Positions 41,840-51,628 of a stretch of 64,000 nt of DNA are shown here, piece after piece. The notes beneath the pieces were generated by a model that saw only the letters and a program-made list of their open reading frames with translations, was not told where the DNA came from and searched no databases. The position numbers and the translations under genes are program-made. This DNA is from an uncultured Pseudomonadales bacterium (GTDB taxonomy: Bacteria > Pseudomonadota > Gammaproteobacteria > Pseudomonadales > Porticoccaceae). The stretch is taken from the NCBI GenBank assembly GCA_943846685.1, contig OX044363.1, positions 1,765,386 through 1,829,385 of the forward strand, given 5' to 3'. Positions within the stretch are counted from its first letter, which is position 1. Every line of letters begins with the position of its first letter.

Positions 41840-42334
41840 ATGAATGAATACAAATTGGATAGTATTGATTGGAAGATTCTCAATACCCTGCAAGCCGATG
41901 CAGGGATTTCCAATCTGGAACTGGCGGATCAGGTCTGCCTATCTCCCTCACCCTGCTCCAGACGGGTGAAAAACCTTGAGGTCCTCGGTTATATCAGTCG
42001 CCGTGTCACACTGATCGACCCGCTGAAAGCCGGGTTGCCAGTGACTGTCTTTGTTCAGGTCACCATGCACCATCAGGTCAAAAAAGATCTCGATCACTTC
42101 GCCCATCAGGTGCTTAACTGGCCGGAGGTGATGGAGTGTTATTTAATGACTGGCGATTTTGATTACTTGATTCGCGTAGTCGCACCCGACCTGCTTGCCT
42201 ATCAGGCTTTTCTCGACAAACTGACCCAGGTCGAAGGCCTGGATCATGTCAAGAGCAGCTTTTCCCTTAAACCGATTTGCTATAAGACTGAGTTGCCGTT
42301 GGGGCATTTGACCGAGTCGGTTGCCAACAGTTAG
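41840..42334 (+). CDS. bkdR: Lrp/AsnC-family regulator divergent from the bkd operon (BkdR-like)
   Basis: [43 protein letters not shown]. Confidence 0.85.
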   Translation: MNEYKLDSIDWKILNTLQADAGISNLELADQVCLSPSPCSRRVKNLEVLGYISRRVTLIDPLKAGLPVTVFVQVTMHHQVKKDLDHFAHQVLNWPEVMECYLMTGDFDYLIRVVAPDLLAYQAFLDKLTQVEGLDHVKSSFSLKPICYKTELPLGHLTESVANS

Positions 42335-43397
42335 TGGCGCTATTAAAGCGCTCTTCGGCAACCCGGTCGGCGATCACAAAAGTCGGCAGATTCTCTGCTT
42401 CACTGCGCGCAAATATTTCTTTTAGAGTGGTACCAATCCCCTCAACTTTAGTCGATAGATCACTGGCATAGTTTTCCGCGCTGTAGTCAGCACTGAGCAT
42501 TTTTCGTTGGTAGTAGACATCGATAATACCGCCGGCATTGACCACATAATCAGGCGCATATAAAACACCGCGATTATGAAGTAGCTGTCCATGGTCAGTG
42601 GTGGCCAATTGATTATTGGCGGCGCCGGCGACAATCGTGGCCCTGAGTTGATCAATGGTTTGGTCATTAATTGCAGCGCCCAGCGCACAGGGGGCAAAGA
42701 CATCGACATCTAGCGCAAATATCTTATCGCCAGCCACTGCAGTGGCATTTAATTCGCCAACTGCACGGTCGACATTGGCCTGAACTATATCGGTAACAAA
42801 CAGTTCTGCTCCGGCTTCATGCAGATACTCCGCCAGACGATAACCAACATTACCCAGCCCCTGAATAGCCACCCTAAGCCCCTGCAAATTAGCCCGCCCC
42901 AACTTATAGGTCACTGCTTCACGGAGGCTGACAAACACTCCGTAAGCGGTACTCGGCGATGGATCTCCACCGTGATCAGAGGCTTTATCGACACCACTGA
43001 TGTAACTGGTACGCTGGCTCATTTTAAGAATATCGGGTACCGAGGTTCCAGAGTCTTCCGCAGTGATATAGCGACCGCCCAAACCTTCGATAAAGTCACC
43101 CATGGCATAAAGAAGTTCATCGCTCTTTTGGCTGCGTGGGTCGCCAATAATCACCGCCTTGCCGCCGCCTAACTTCAGGTTGGCCAATGCAGACTTGTAA
43201 GTCATGCCTCTGGAGAGCCGCAGCACATCAGTTAAAGCCTCTTCATCAGTGGCGTAGGGCCACATTCGACAGCCGCCGAGGGCTTGACCCAGATTGGTGT
43301 TGTGAACGGCAATAATGGCTTTTAAACCGGTTTTTTTATCTTTGAAGAAAGCGACCTGCTGATGATTATCAAATTCGCGGTGAGAGAAAACCGACAT
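42267..43397 (-). CDS. ldh: leucine dehydrogenase (Glu/Leu/Phe/Val family)
   Basis: [52 protein letters not shown]. Confidence 0.93.
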   Translation of the reverse strand: MSVFSHREFDNHQQVAFFKDKKTGLKAIIAVHNTNLGQALGGCRMWPYATDEEALTDVLRLSRGMTYKSALANLKLGGGKAVIIGDPRSQKSDELLYAMGDFIEGLGGRYITAEDSGTSVPDILKMSQRTSYISGVDKASDHGGDPSPSTAYGVFVSLREAVTYKLGRANLQGLRVAIQGLGNVGYRLAEYLHEAGAELFVTDIVQANVDRAVGELNATAVAGDKIFALDVDVFAPCALGAAINDQTIDQLRATIVAGAANNQLATTDHGQLLHNRGVLYAPDYVVNAGGIIDVYYQRKMLSADYSAENYASDLSTKVEGIGTTLKEIFARSEAENLPTFVIADRVAEERFNSATNCWQPTRSNAPTATQSYSKSV

Positions 43398-43597
43398 ATT
43401 CCAGGCTCCAGTTCCATTGGTATGTTTATCAATAATTATCTGGAATTCTAGCACTGGCACTGCGAAGAGAAATTGCGTATCCGTACTTTTAGCAAAGGCT
43501 TTTAGCAGTACTCGCTGTATTTTTCTGAGCGGCGAAATTATTCACCAAATGGAAGGCTTGCGATTGATATAAGGCTTGGTAATTCAACATCTGCTAG

Positions 43598-43638
43598 TTG
43601 ATGACCATCAATTTTCTCAGGCGACTGTTACTTATAAT
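43598..43638 (+). promoter_or_regulatory. FNR-dependent class II promoter of hsp20
   Basis: Perfect TTGATGACCATCAA (43598-43611) and perfect TATAAT (43633-43638), box centre 28.5 bp from the -10. Confidence 0.85.
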
Positions 43639-43707
43639 TTTAGCTACAGCTTTGCAGGCAGCTTAAAAATTAATTTTCATCTAAACATATATAAAAGGAG
43701 ATTTAAG

Positions 43708-44163
43708 ATGAGTCTAATGTTGAGAGAACCCACCCAGATAATGAATCGATTTCAGGACGAATTTAATCATTTATTCCGCAACTTCGGCGAGAGATCTTCA
43801 ATATTTCCCGACGAGGACAGCAATGTGATTACCAGTGAGTGGATACCGACGGTTGATATAGTCGAAGACGAAAATGAGTTTGTTATCAGCGCGGATATTC
43901 CGGGAGTCAAGACCAAAGATATTGAGATCAGTATGAACGATGGCATTTTATCCATTAAGGGCGAACGACAAACGGAAAAAAGTGAAGAGCACAACGGTTA
44001 CTATCGCAGCGAGTGTTCCCATGGCACTTTTCATCGACGCTTTAGTCTTCCCGACTCTGCGGATCCCGAAAAAATAGTCGCCAAGGGTAAAGATGGGGTT
44101 TTGACAATCACCTTGGGCAAGCGTGAAATATCCAAGCCAAAACTCATTCGTATTCAGTCCTGA
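43708..44163 (+). CDS. small heat-shock protein (Hsp20/alpha-crystallin)
   Basis: WIPTVDI.E...ADIPGV..I.I..LSIKGER, G.F.RRF.LP, DGVLTI.L.K; AAGGAG RBS before the ATG at 43708. Confidence 0.93.
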   Translation: MSLMLREPTQIMNRFQDEFNHLFRNFGERSSIFPDEDSNVITSEWIPTVDIVEDENEFVISADIPGVKTKDIEISMNDGILSIKGERQTEKSEEHNGYYRSECSHGTFHRRFSLPDSADPEKIVAKGKDGVLTITLGKREISKPKLIRIQS

Positions 44164-44248
44164 TCTATTCTCTGGATAGGTTTAAAACCTCCGCTATACA
44201 AGGTAAAAAGTCCTCTGGCGGAGGTTTCCCCTTTTCTCAAAAACTGCT

Positions 44249-45718
44249 CTAACGCTGGGCAACCAGCAGTGACTTATACAGCTGAGCGTATTCTTTGGCG
44301 CTGCTCTCCCAGGAAAAATCCTCGCACATACCCGCGCGCTGCAAATCACGCCACAACAATCTGTTGCTGTAGACAAACTCCAGCCGTTGCAGGGCTTCAA
44401 CTAAGGCGCTGCTACTGTACTGCCAAAACAACACTCCCGTGGCATCGGCAATATCCTCTGAAAATGGCGGTATATCAATAATCGTATCCGCCAGCCCGCC
44501 TACACCCTGGGCGACCGGTATGGTGCCGTAACGCTGGGCGTACATCTGGGTTAGACCGCAGGGTTCATAGCGCGAGGGTATTAACAGCGCATCGGCACCA
44601 GCAATAACAAGGTGGGCGATTTTTTCGTCGTAACCCAGTTTGACCTCAATACGCGATGGATACTTTAATGCTGCCTGCTTAAAAGCTTTCTCCAGCTTCT
44701 GGTCACCGCTACCCAACAGCAGAATATCCACTGGCATCTGCATAATCAGTGGCAGAGCTTCGAGCAGCAGGTCGAACCCTTTCTGTGGGGTCAGGCGCGA
44801 GACTACACCGAGCACCAGACGCTCACTGTTGCGCGCATGAAAAAACGCTTCCTGCAGGGCTAATTTATTAAAAACTTTGCGATGCAGGCTGCTGGTTCCA
44901 TAGACCGTATCAATTAATTGATCGTTACCGGGATCCCACAATCGGTTATCAATGCCGTTGGCAATACCTGAAAAACGCGGCCCAATACTCTGCAAAAGCC
45001 CCTCGAGACCGCAGCCAAACTGTTCGGTTAACACCTCTCTTGCATAACCTGCACTTACCGTATTGACTGCATCAGAGAAAACAATAGCGGCTTTCATAAA
45101 CGACATCTGGCCATAAAACTCCACTGCCCGGTAATCCCAAAGGCGCTTGCCATCGACCATCTCAGGCAGCTTAAGGGCTTTAAACTCCTCTTCATCAAAC
45201 AGCCCCTGGTAGGCCAGGTTGTGAATCGTAAACAGGGTTCGCGGACGCGGTTTAGCGGTCGCCAGCAACAGCGGTACCAGCCCGGTATGCCAGTCATTGC
45301 AGTGGACTATATCCGGCTGCCAGGATTGGTCTGCCTGGTCCATGGCAATCAAGGTTACCATTCGGCAAAACAACGCGAAGCGTTTGGCGTTATCCGGCCA
45401 GCCATGCTCCCGGTCTTCACCATAGGGGCCTCCGGAGCGATCAAAAAGCTCAGGGCAATCGATTAAATAGACTGGAATAGCCGTGTTTTCCAGATTGATT
45501 TTTAACAGGCTAAGCCGATAGCCATCAATGCGCGTGCTGAACGCAACAACCGCTCTCAGATGACCTAGCTCGTTTAATAGGCTGCGATAGGCGGGTAGAA
45601 CAATGCGCACCTGATGTCCGAGACGACTCAGGGCAAGAGGCAGGTTATAGGCAACATCGGCAAGCCCGCCGGTTTTGATCAGTGGGTAGAGTTCGCTGCA
45701 GGCAAAGAGAATCTTCAC
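44249..45718 (-). CDS. glgA: glycogen synthase
   Basis: KTGGLADV, HCNDWHTG, TIHNLAYQG, SRLTPQKG, PSRYEPCGL.QM. Confidence 0.96.
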   Translation of the reverse strand: MKILFACSELYPLIKTGGLADVAYNLPLALSRLGHQVRIVLPAYRSLLNELGHLRAVVAFSTRIDGYRLSLLKINLENTAIPVYLIDCPELFDRSGGPYGEDREHGWPDNAKRFALFCRMVTLIAMDQADQSWQPDIVHCNDWHTGLVPLLLATAKPRPRTLFTIHNLAYQGLFDEEEFKALKLPEMVDGKRLWDYRAVEFYGQMSFMKAAIVFSDAVNTVSAGYAREVLTEQFGCGLEGLLQSIGPRFSGIANGIDNRLWDPGNDQLIDTVYGTSSLHRKVFNKLALQEAFFHARNSERLVLGVVSRLTPQKGFDLLLEALPLIMQMPVDILLLGSGDQKLEKAFKQAALKYPSRIEVKLGYDEKIAHLVIAGADALLIPSRYEPCGLTQMYAQRYGTIPVAQGVGGLADTIIDIPPFSEDIADATGVLFWQYSSSALVEALQRLEFVYSNRLLWRDLQRAGMCEDFSWESSAKEYAQLYKSLLVAQR

Positions 45719-45723
45719 TGTAC

Positions 45724-47943
45724 TCAGTCACCCACCCTGGTCAGCACAATTGCTGCCAGCGGCGGCAAGAGCATTATCAGGGAGTGCGGCTGCCCCATAC
45801 AGGCGACCGGCCGGGTTTTAAGCAGACCACTGTTGCCCATATTAGTGCCCGCGTAGAATTGAGAATCAGAATTAATCAGTTCCCGGTAAGTTCCGTTTTC
45901 GGGGACGCCGATGCAGTACTGATGGCGAGGCACAGGGGTAAAGTTAAGAACAACCAGAATCGATTCGCCGTCGGCTCTGCGCCTGTAAGAAAGGACCGAT
46001 TGCTGGCTGTCGTGACAGTCCAGCCAATGAAACCCCTGGGCATCGAAGTCGTACCCATAGAGCGCGGAATGGTGCTGGTAGAGATCATTGAGATCCTTGA
46101 TCAAGTGACTGATACCGCGATGCCTGTGCGAGCTTGGTTCAGAGAGCAGCTGCCAATCCAGTGCCTGATCACAGCGCCACTCCTGCCGCTGGGCAAATTC
46201 GCAGCCCATAAAAAGGCATTTTTTCCCCGGCCAGGTGTATAAAAAGACGTACAGCAATCTGAGGTTGGCAAATTTTTGCCAGTCGTCACCCGCCATCTTT
46301 TCAAGCAGGGATTTCTTGCCGTGGACAACTTCATCGTGAGAGAGCGCCAGCATAAAATTTTCATGGTGGGCATAGAGGGCACTAAAGGTTAAAAGCTGGT
46401 GATGGTAGCGGCGATGGATCGGGTCTTTGCCAAGATATTCAAGACTGTCATGCATCCAGCCCATATTCCATTTCATGGAAAATCCAAGACCGCCAATCCA
46501 GGTTGGCCGACTGACCTGGGGCCACTGGGTGGACTCTTCAGCAATCATCATAGCGCCGGGAAATTGTTCGTGGACAATTTCATTCAGCTGTCGAAGAAAG
46601 GCTATGGCATCGAGGTTTTCATTGCCACCAAATTGGTTTGGCAGCCATTCATTTTCACCGCGCGAGTAATCCAGGTAGATCATCGAGGCCACTGCATCCA
46701 CGCGCAGGCCGTCGATATGAAATTCCCTAAACCAATAGAGGGCATTGGCCAGTAAAAAATTCTTCACTTCGTTGCGGGCAAAATTAAATGTCAGCGTGCC
46801 CCAGTCGGGATGTTCTGCCAGGCGCGCATCGAAGTGTTCATAGAGGGGCGAACCATCAAACTGTGCAAGTCCATGTTCATCCTTTGGGAAATGCCCTGCT
46901 ACCCAGTCGACCAGAACACCGATCTTGTAACCATGGGCGCAATCGATAAAGTAGCGAAAATCATCCGCCGAACCAAATCTACTTGAAGGAGAATAGTAGC
47001 CTGTGCACTGGTAACCCCAGGATTCATCCAGCGGGTGTTCGGCAACAGGCATAAGCTCAATATGGGTAAAGCCGAGATCCTTTACGTAAGGCAGCAGTTG
47101 ATGAGCGAGCGCTCTCCAGCTGAGGAAGCTTCCGTTCTCATCGCGCCGCCAGGAGCCCACATGAAGTTCGTACACAGAGACTGGCTGGTGCTGCCAATCC
47201 CACTGGCGGCGCCTCTCCATCCACAGATGATCAGACCAGCTAAAAGTACTTTCAGCGCAGACAACAGAGGCATTTTCCGGTCGCAGTTGGGCGCTCTGGG
47301 CATAGGGATCGGCTTTTAGGGAGAGTTTGCTGGTGCCGCGCTGGGATATTTCGTATTTATACAGCACTTGCACACCGAGCCCGGGAATAAACAATTCCCA
47401 TACCCCGCTTCTGCCCCGGGAACGCATGGGATGACTACGACCATTCCAGTTATTGTGATCGCCAACCACACTGACACGCTCGGCCTCTGGCGCCCAGACG
47501 GCAAATAAAACACCGTTTATGTGATCGACTTTATGCAGATGGGCGCCGAGCTTTTGGTAGATATGCTGATGGCAGCCCTCCGCAAACAGATGTAAATCAA
47601 GGTCGCTCAGCTGTGGTGCAAAGCTGTAGGGATCACAGGAGTAATGACAGTTCCCCTCATAGTCCACCCAGCGGATCATATAATGTTTAGGCAACGCCTC
47701 GCTTCCGACCCATTCAAACAGATCAGTATTGCCAAGCCGCTGCATTGGCAGCGATGGATCTTCGATTGATGCGCTGCCCGCATTGGGCAACAGCACACAA
47801 ACTCGCCACTGATCATCAGCGATCCAGTGACGCCCCAAAACACTAAATGGATCGTGATGGCGCATCTCCAATAACCGCTGCAGCGGCTCGGTAATCTGCC
47901 CGCAAACTGCTGAACTGAGGTCGGGATTAATTTCTGGCTCCAT
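45724..47943 (-). CDS. glgB: 1,4-alpha-glucan branching enzyme (GH13)
   Basis: HHDPFSVLG, VWAPEA, YELHVGSW, WGYQ, DGLRVDAVASM, AEEST, SHDEVVHGK. Confidence 0.96.
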   Translation of the reverse strand: MEPEINPDLSSAVCGQITEPLQRLLEMRHHDPFSVLGRHWIADDQWRVCVLLPNAGSASIEDPSLPMQRLGNTDLFEWVGSEALPKHYMIRWVDYEGNCHYSCDPYSFAPQLSDLDLHLFAEGCHQHIYQKLGAHLHKVDHINGVLFAVWAPEAERVSVVGDHNNWNGRSHPMRSRGRSGVWELFIPGLGVQVLYKYEISQRGTSKLSLKADPYAQSAQLRPENASVVCAESTFSWSDHLWMERRRQWDWQHQPVSVYELHVGSWRRDENGSFLSWRALAHQLLPYVKDLGFTHIELMPVAEHPLDESWGYQCTGYYSPSSRFGSADDFRYFIDCAHGYKIGVLVDWVAGHFPKDEHGLAQFDGSPLYEHFDARLAEHPDWGTLTFNFARNEVKNFLLANALYWFREFHIDGLRVDAVASMIYLDYSRGENEWLPNQFGGNENLDAIAFLRQLNEIVHEQFPGAMMIAEESTQWPQVSRPTWIGGLGFSMKWNMGWMHDSLEYLGKDPIHRRYHHQLLTFSALYAHHENFMLALSHDEVVHGKKSLLEKMAGDDWQKFANLRLLYVFLYTWPGKKCLFMGCEFAQRQEWRCDQALDWQLLSEPSSHRHRGISHLIKDLNDLYQHHSALYGYDFDAQGFHWLDCHDSQQSVLSYRRRADGESILVVLNFTPVPRHQYCIGVPENGTYRELINSDSQFYAGTNMGNSGLLKTRPVACMGQPHSLIMLLPPLAAIVLTRVGD

Positions 47944-47970
47944 ATCAGAAGGATCACTAATAGCAGAACC

Positions 47971-48438
47971 TCAAACCGTCAATGGCATGGGTGCATGATG
48001 GCCAGTGACCGCCTTTAACATTCCCTCGGTGCGATAAAACGGCAGCTCTGCATCATCGGCGCTATTCGAGCGGGCGATAATATCACCAGAGGTGACAATA
48101 CCCGCCAGCTTGCCTTGACTGTTGACCACCGGAAGTCTGCGTACGCTGTGTTCACGCATTAAATCCAGCGCCTGCTCAATATCCGTCTCAGTTTCACATT
48201 TATACAGCTGCTGGCTATCGGTAATATCCCGAGCGTTTAACTCCCACAGCGGTTTCTTTTGCAGGGCTGCACCCATGGCTATATCGCGATCAGTAATCAT
48301 CGCAATGGGATTCTGTTGATCATCGACAACGGGCACTGCACCGCAGTCATTATTCCACATTGTCATGGCCACAGAATTTAATGGGGTGGTTGGTGAGCAG
48401 GTGTATACCTGACTCGTCATCATCTCTTTTACGTTCAT
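47971..48438 (-). CDS. tandem CBS-domain protein
   Basis: VKEMMT, GAVPVVD..ITDRDI, RRLPVV..GIVTSGDI. Confidence 0.9.
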   Translation of the reverse strand: MNVKEMMTSQVYTCSPTTPLNSVAMTMWNNDCGAVPVVDDQQNPIAMITDRDIAMGAALQKKPLWELNARDITDSQQLYKCETETDIEQALDLMREHSVRRLPVVNSQGKLAGIVTSGDIIARSNSADDAELPFYRTEGMLKAVTGHHAPMPLTV

Positions 48439-48514
48439 ATGCTTTCTACTCCTGGTCAGTGAAATCGCGGCAGCGAACTGTTGAGAATAGTCATAGAAAT
48501 TAGCCCGTTAAGTG

Positions 48515-48528
48515 TTGATCGGGGTCAA
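48515..48528. promoter_or_regulatory. FNR-type box in the divergent CBS-glgB-glgA / glgC-GH57-malQ intergenic region
   Basis: TTGATCGGGGTCAA (9/10 to TTGAT-N4-ATCAA). Confidence 0.7.
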
Positions 48529-48615
48529 GATTACCAAGCCTGGTCGGTGGTCAAATTTTCCCTGTTGCCTGTGGTTAATTTCTAACCAGGAATAACTGAA
48601 AGGATTGCTAACACA

Positions 48616-49929
48616 ATGAATCAAATTGTGGTGGATAAGAACTGGTTGCCCGAAACAGTCCGCCAGGCGAGCAATAGTCGTTTTGTCAGTCGACTGACAA
48701 AGAACAGCCTGGCATTAATTCTTGCCGGCGGCTGCGGTTCGCGCCTCAATCAATTGACCCACTGGCGCGCCAAGCCTGCAGTGCCGTTTGGCGGTCAATT
48801 TAGAATTATTGATTTCACCCTGTCCAACTGCGTCAATTCAGGCATTCGCCGTATTGGTGTACTGACCCAGTACAAGGCACATTCGCTGATCAGGCATATT
48901 CAGCGTGGCTGGGGATTTTTACATGGGGATTTCGGTGAGTTTATCGAACTGCTGCCCGCCCAGCAGCGCCTTGAGAGCAGTTGGTATCTGGGCACGGCAG
49001 ATGCGGTGTACCAAAATATTGATATTTTGCGCAATCACAATCCCCGCTATGTGCTGATTTTGGCCGGGGACCATATTTATAAAATGGACTATGGGCCAAT
49101 GCTGGCTAAGCATGTGGAACAGGGCGCGAAACTGACCATTGGCTGTATTGAAATGCCCATGGACCAGGCCAGTGCTTTCGGGGTGATGGCGATTGATAAG
49201 GATGGGCGGGTCAGGGATTTCGTCGAAAAACCCGAACAGCCTAGCCCTATACCCGGCAGGCCAGACCGCGCATTGATCTCCATGGGTATTTATATCTTCG
49301 ACAGCCAGTTCCTGATCGATCAACTGATTGCGGATGCCGAGTGCCCGCAGTCGGGCCATGATTTTGGTGTCGATATTATTCCCTCCCTAATTCACAAACA
49401 CCCTGTTTATGCCTACGCCTTTCGCGATGCAGCGCAACAGCGGCAAGCCTATTGGCGGGATGTGGGCACGGTGGATGCCTACTGGCGCAGCAATCTTGAG
49501 TTGATCGGTGTGACCCCCGAACTCAACCTCTATGACCGCGAGTGGCCGATCTGGACCTGTCGCGAACAGACACCACCGGCAAAATTTGTCTTTGATGAAC
49601 CGGATCGTCGCGGTTTAGCCATAGATTCGATGGTCTCCGGCGGCTGCATTATCTCAGGCGCTAAAGTCAGGCATGCTCTGCTCTTTAACAATGTCACTGT
49701 AGATGAAGGCAGCAGCGTCGAAAACTCGGTGGTACTCCCAGAGGTGAGCATTGGCAAACAGTGCACAATCAACAACGCCGTTATCGACAAGGGCGCAATA
49801 ATTCCGGACCATATGGTTATCGGCGAAAATGCCCAAGAGGACGCCCGGCGCTTTTATGTCAGCCCCGGCGGTGTTGTTTTAGTAACCGCAGAAATGCTCG
49901 GTCAGGTGCTGCACCATGCCCCGAGATAA
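48616..49929 (+). CDS. glgC: ADP-glucose pyrophosphorylase
   Basis: LAGG.GSRL..RAKPAVPFGG, WYLGTADAVYQN, LAGDHIYKMDY, FVEKP, DFG.DII, YWRDVGT. Confidence 0.96.
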   Translation: MNQIVVDKNWLPETVRQASNSRFVSRLTKNSLALILAGGCGSRLNQLTHWRAKPAVPFGGQFRIIDFTLSNCVNSGIRRIGVLTQYKAHSLIRHIQRGWGFLHGDFGEFIELLPAQQRLESSWYLGTADAVYQNIDILRNHNPRYVLILAGDHIYKMDYGPMLAKHVEQGAKLTIGCIEMPMDQASAFGVMAIDKDGRVRDFVEKPEQPSPIPGRPDRALISMGIYIFDSQFLIDQLIADAECPQSGHDFGVDIIPSLIHKHPVYAYAFRDAAQQRQAYWRDVGTVDAYWRSNLELIGVTPELNLYDREWPIWTCREQTPPAKFVFDEPDRRGLAIDSMVSGGCIISGAKVRHALLFNNVTVDEGSSVENSVVLPEVSIGKQCTINNAVIDKGAIIPDHMVIGENAQEDARRFYVSPGGVVLVTAEMLGQVLHHAPR

Positions 49930-51628
49930 CCCGCTTAATGTGGTGCTCTGCTGGCATATGCATCAGCCGCAGTATCGCGACAACCTTAAAGGAAGCTGCA
50001 GCGAACCCTGGACTTATCTGCGAGCGATTAAAGACTACAGTGATATGGCGGCCCATTTAGAGCAGGTGCCCAACAGCCGTGCGGTGATTAATTTTAGTCC
50101 GCTGTTACTGCAGCAGATCGATGATTATAACCGTCAATTTAACGCCTATTTTGTCGATAACAAACCACCCCAGGAACCCATTTTAGCGGCACTGGTAGAG
50201 CCGGTTGTCAATATCGATCCCCAACACCGCTACCAACTGGTCAAGGAATGTCTCAGTCACCACAATTACAACAGCGGCCAACATTTTGAACAGTATGTGG
50301 CACTGACTAATATTGGCCAGCATATTCTCGACAACCCCGGTCATCTCGATTATGTCAGCGACGAGTTCTTTACTGATCTACTGGTGTGGTTTCACCTGAC
50401 ATGGCTGGGGGAAACCGTGCGCCGCGACGATCCCCGGGCCCAGACACTGATCAAAAAAGCGCGACGCTATACGATGTTTGAACGCATCCAGTTAGTGAGA
50501 ATTATCAGTGAGCAGGTCAGTCAGATTGTGCCTCGCTACCAGGCCCTGGCCAGTGCTAAATCAATAGAGCTCTCCATGACACCCTATGGCCATCCGATTG
50601 CACCACTTATCCTCGATCTTCACAGCGCCACTGAAGCCACACCAGAACTGCCAATGCCTCGGGAAAAACAATACCCCGGAGGCGAGCAGCGTCTGCAGTG
50701 GCATATTGATCATGGCAAGAAAATCTTCGCCGAGCATTTTGCTGAGCCGCCCTGTGGCTGCTGGCCTGCCGAGGGTGCGATTAGTCAAGGAACCCTGGTT
50801 GTTCTCAATAACAGCGGATTTAGCTGGGCCGCCAGTGGCGGTGCAGTTCTTCACAACAGTCTCAACTATGATCGGGATATTCACCGGATAAAATCAGACA
50901 CCGAAACCTATTGCGCCTACCATTTACCCGACCAGGAACTGTGCTGCTTTTTTCGCGACGACCAGCTTTCGGATCTTATAGGTTTTACCTACTCCTCCTG
51001 GCATGGCGATGATGCAGTGGCAAATTTTATTCAGCGTCTGGAAGATATCGCCGGGCGCTGCGCCGACCAGCAGGATCCAGTGGTGTCAATTATTATGGAT
51101 GGCGAAAATGCCTGGGAGCACTACCACCAGAACGGCTTTTTCTTTTTACGCGAACTCTACCGGCGCCTGGCCAGTCACCCAGATCTATGCCTGACCACTT
51201 TTTCTGACTGCCTGCAGAACCAGCGCAGACAGCTCAATTATTTGCGCAGCGGCAGCTGGGTGCATGGCAACCTGACCACCTGGATCGGCAGTGCCGATAA
51301 GAACCGTGCCTGGGATATGTTAATCCAGGCCAAGCACTGCTTTGATCGCGTGATACAAAGTGGCCGATTAACCGACAGCGAACAGTCTGTGGCAGAGCAA
51401 CAGCTGGCAATCTGCGAGGGATCTGACTGGTTCTGGTGGCCCGGGGGCGACAATCCACCAGAGACTATCGCCGCTTTCGACAAGCTCTATCGAATGCACC
51501 TGAGTGGACTTTATCAGCGGCTAAAAACCCCATGTCCAGACTATTTACAATGGCCCTTCACCCACACCGCACCCACAGAGCTTACCGACCAGGCGGCACT
51601 GGGTGGTGTTATGCGCAAGGCCCAGTAA
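49916..51628 (+). CDS. glycoside hydrolase family 57 (amylopullulanase/alpha-amylase-like)
   Basis: WHMHQP, TPYGHPI.PL, nucleophile CWPAEG, FRD..LSD.IGF.Y, acid/base IIMDGENAW, EGSDWFWW. Confidence 0.92.
   Translation: MPRDNPLNVVLCWHMHQPQYRDNLKGSCSEPWTYLRAIKDYSDMAAHLEQVPNSRAVINFSPLLLQQIDDYNRQFNAYFVDNKPPQEPILAALVEPVVNIDPQHRYQLVKECLSHHNYNSGQHFEQYVALTNIGQHILDNPGHLDYVSDEFFTDLLVWFHLTWLGETVRRDDPRAQTLIKKARRYTMFERIQLVRIISEQVSQIVPRYQALASAKSIELSMTPYGHPIAPLILDLHSATEATPELPMPREKQYPGGEQRLQWHIDHGKKIFAEHFAEPPCGCWPAEGAISQGTLVVLNNSGFSWAASGGAVLHNSLNYDRDIHRIKSDTETYCAYHLPDQELCCFFRDDQLSDLIGFTYSSWHGDDAVANFIQRLEDIAGRCADQQDPVVSIIMDGENAWEHYHQNGFFFLRELYRRLASHPDLCLTTFSDCLQNQRRQLNYLRSGSWVHGNLTTWIGSADKNRAWDMLIQAKHCFDRVIQSGRLTDSEQSVAEQQLAICEGSDWFWWPGGDNPPETIAAFDKLYRMHLSGLYQRLKTPCPDYLQWPFTHTAPTELTDQAALGGVMRKAQ

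Noticed and set aside
44185-44227. 10-bp inverted repeat between hsp20 and glgA as a mobile-element end
   Set aside because: It is a single occurrence between convergent genes; most simply a terminator or stabilising hairpin.
48733-48735. GlgC GGCGSR instead of GGRGxR
   Set aside because: This position varies among ADP-glucose pyrophosphorylases, and the following essential Arg and all other motifs are intact.
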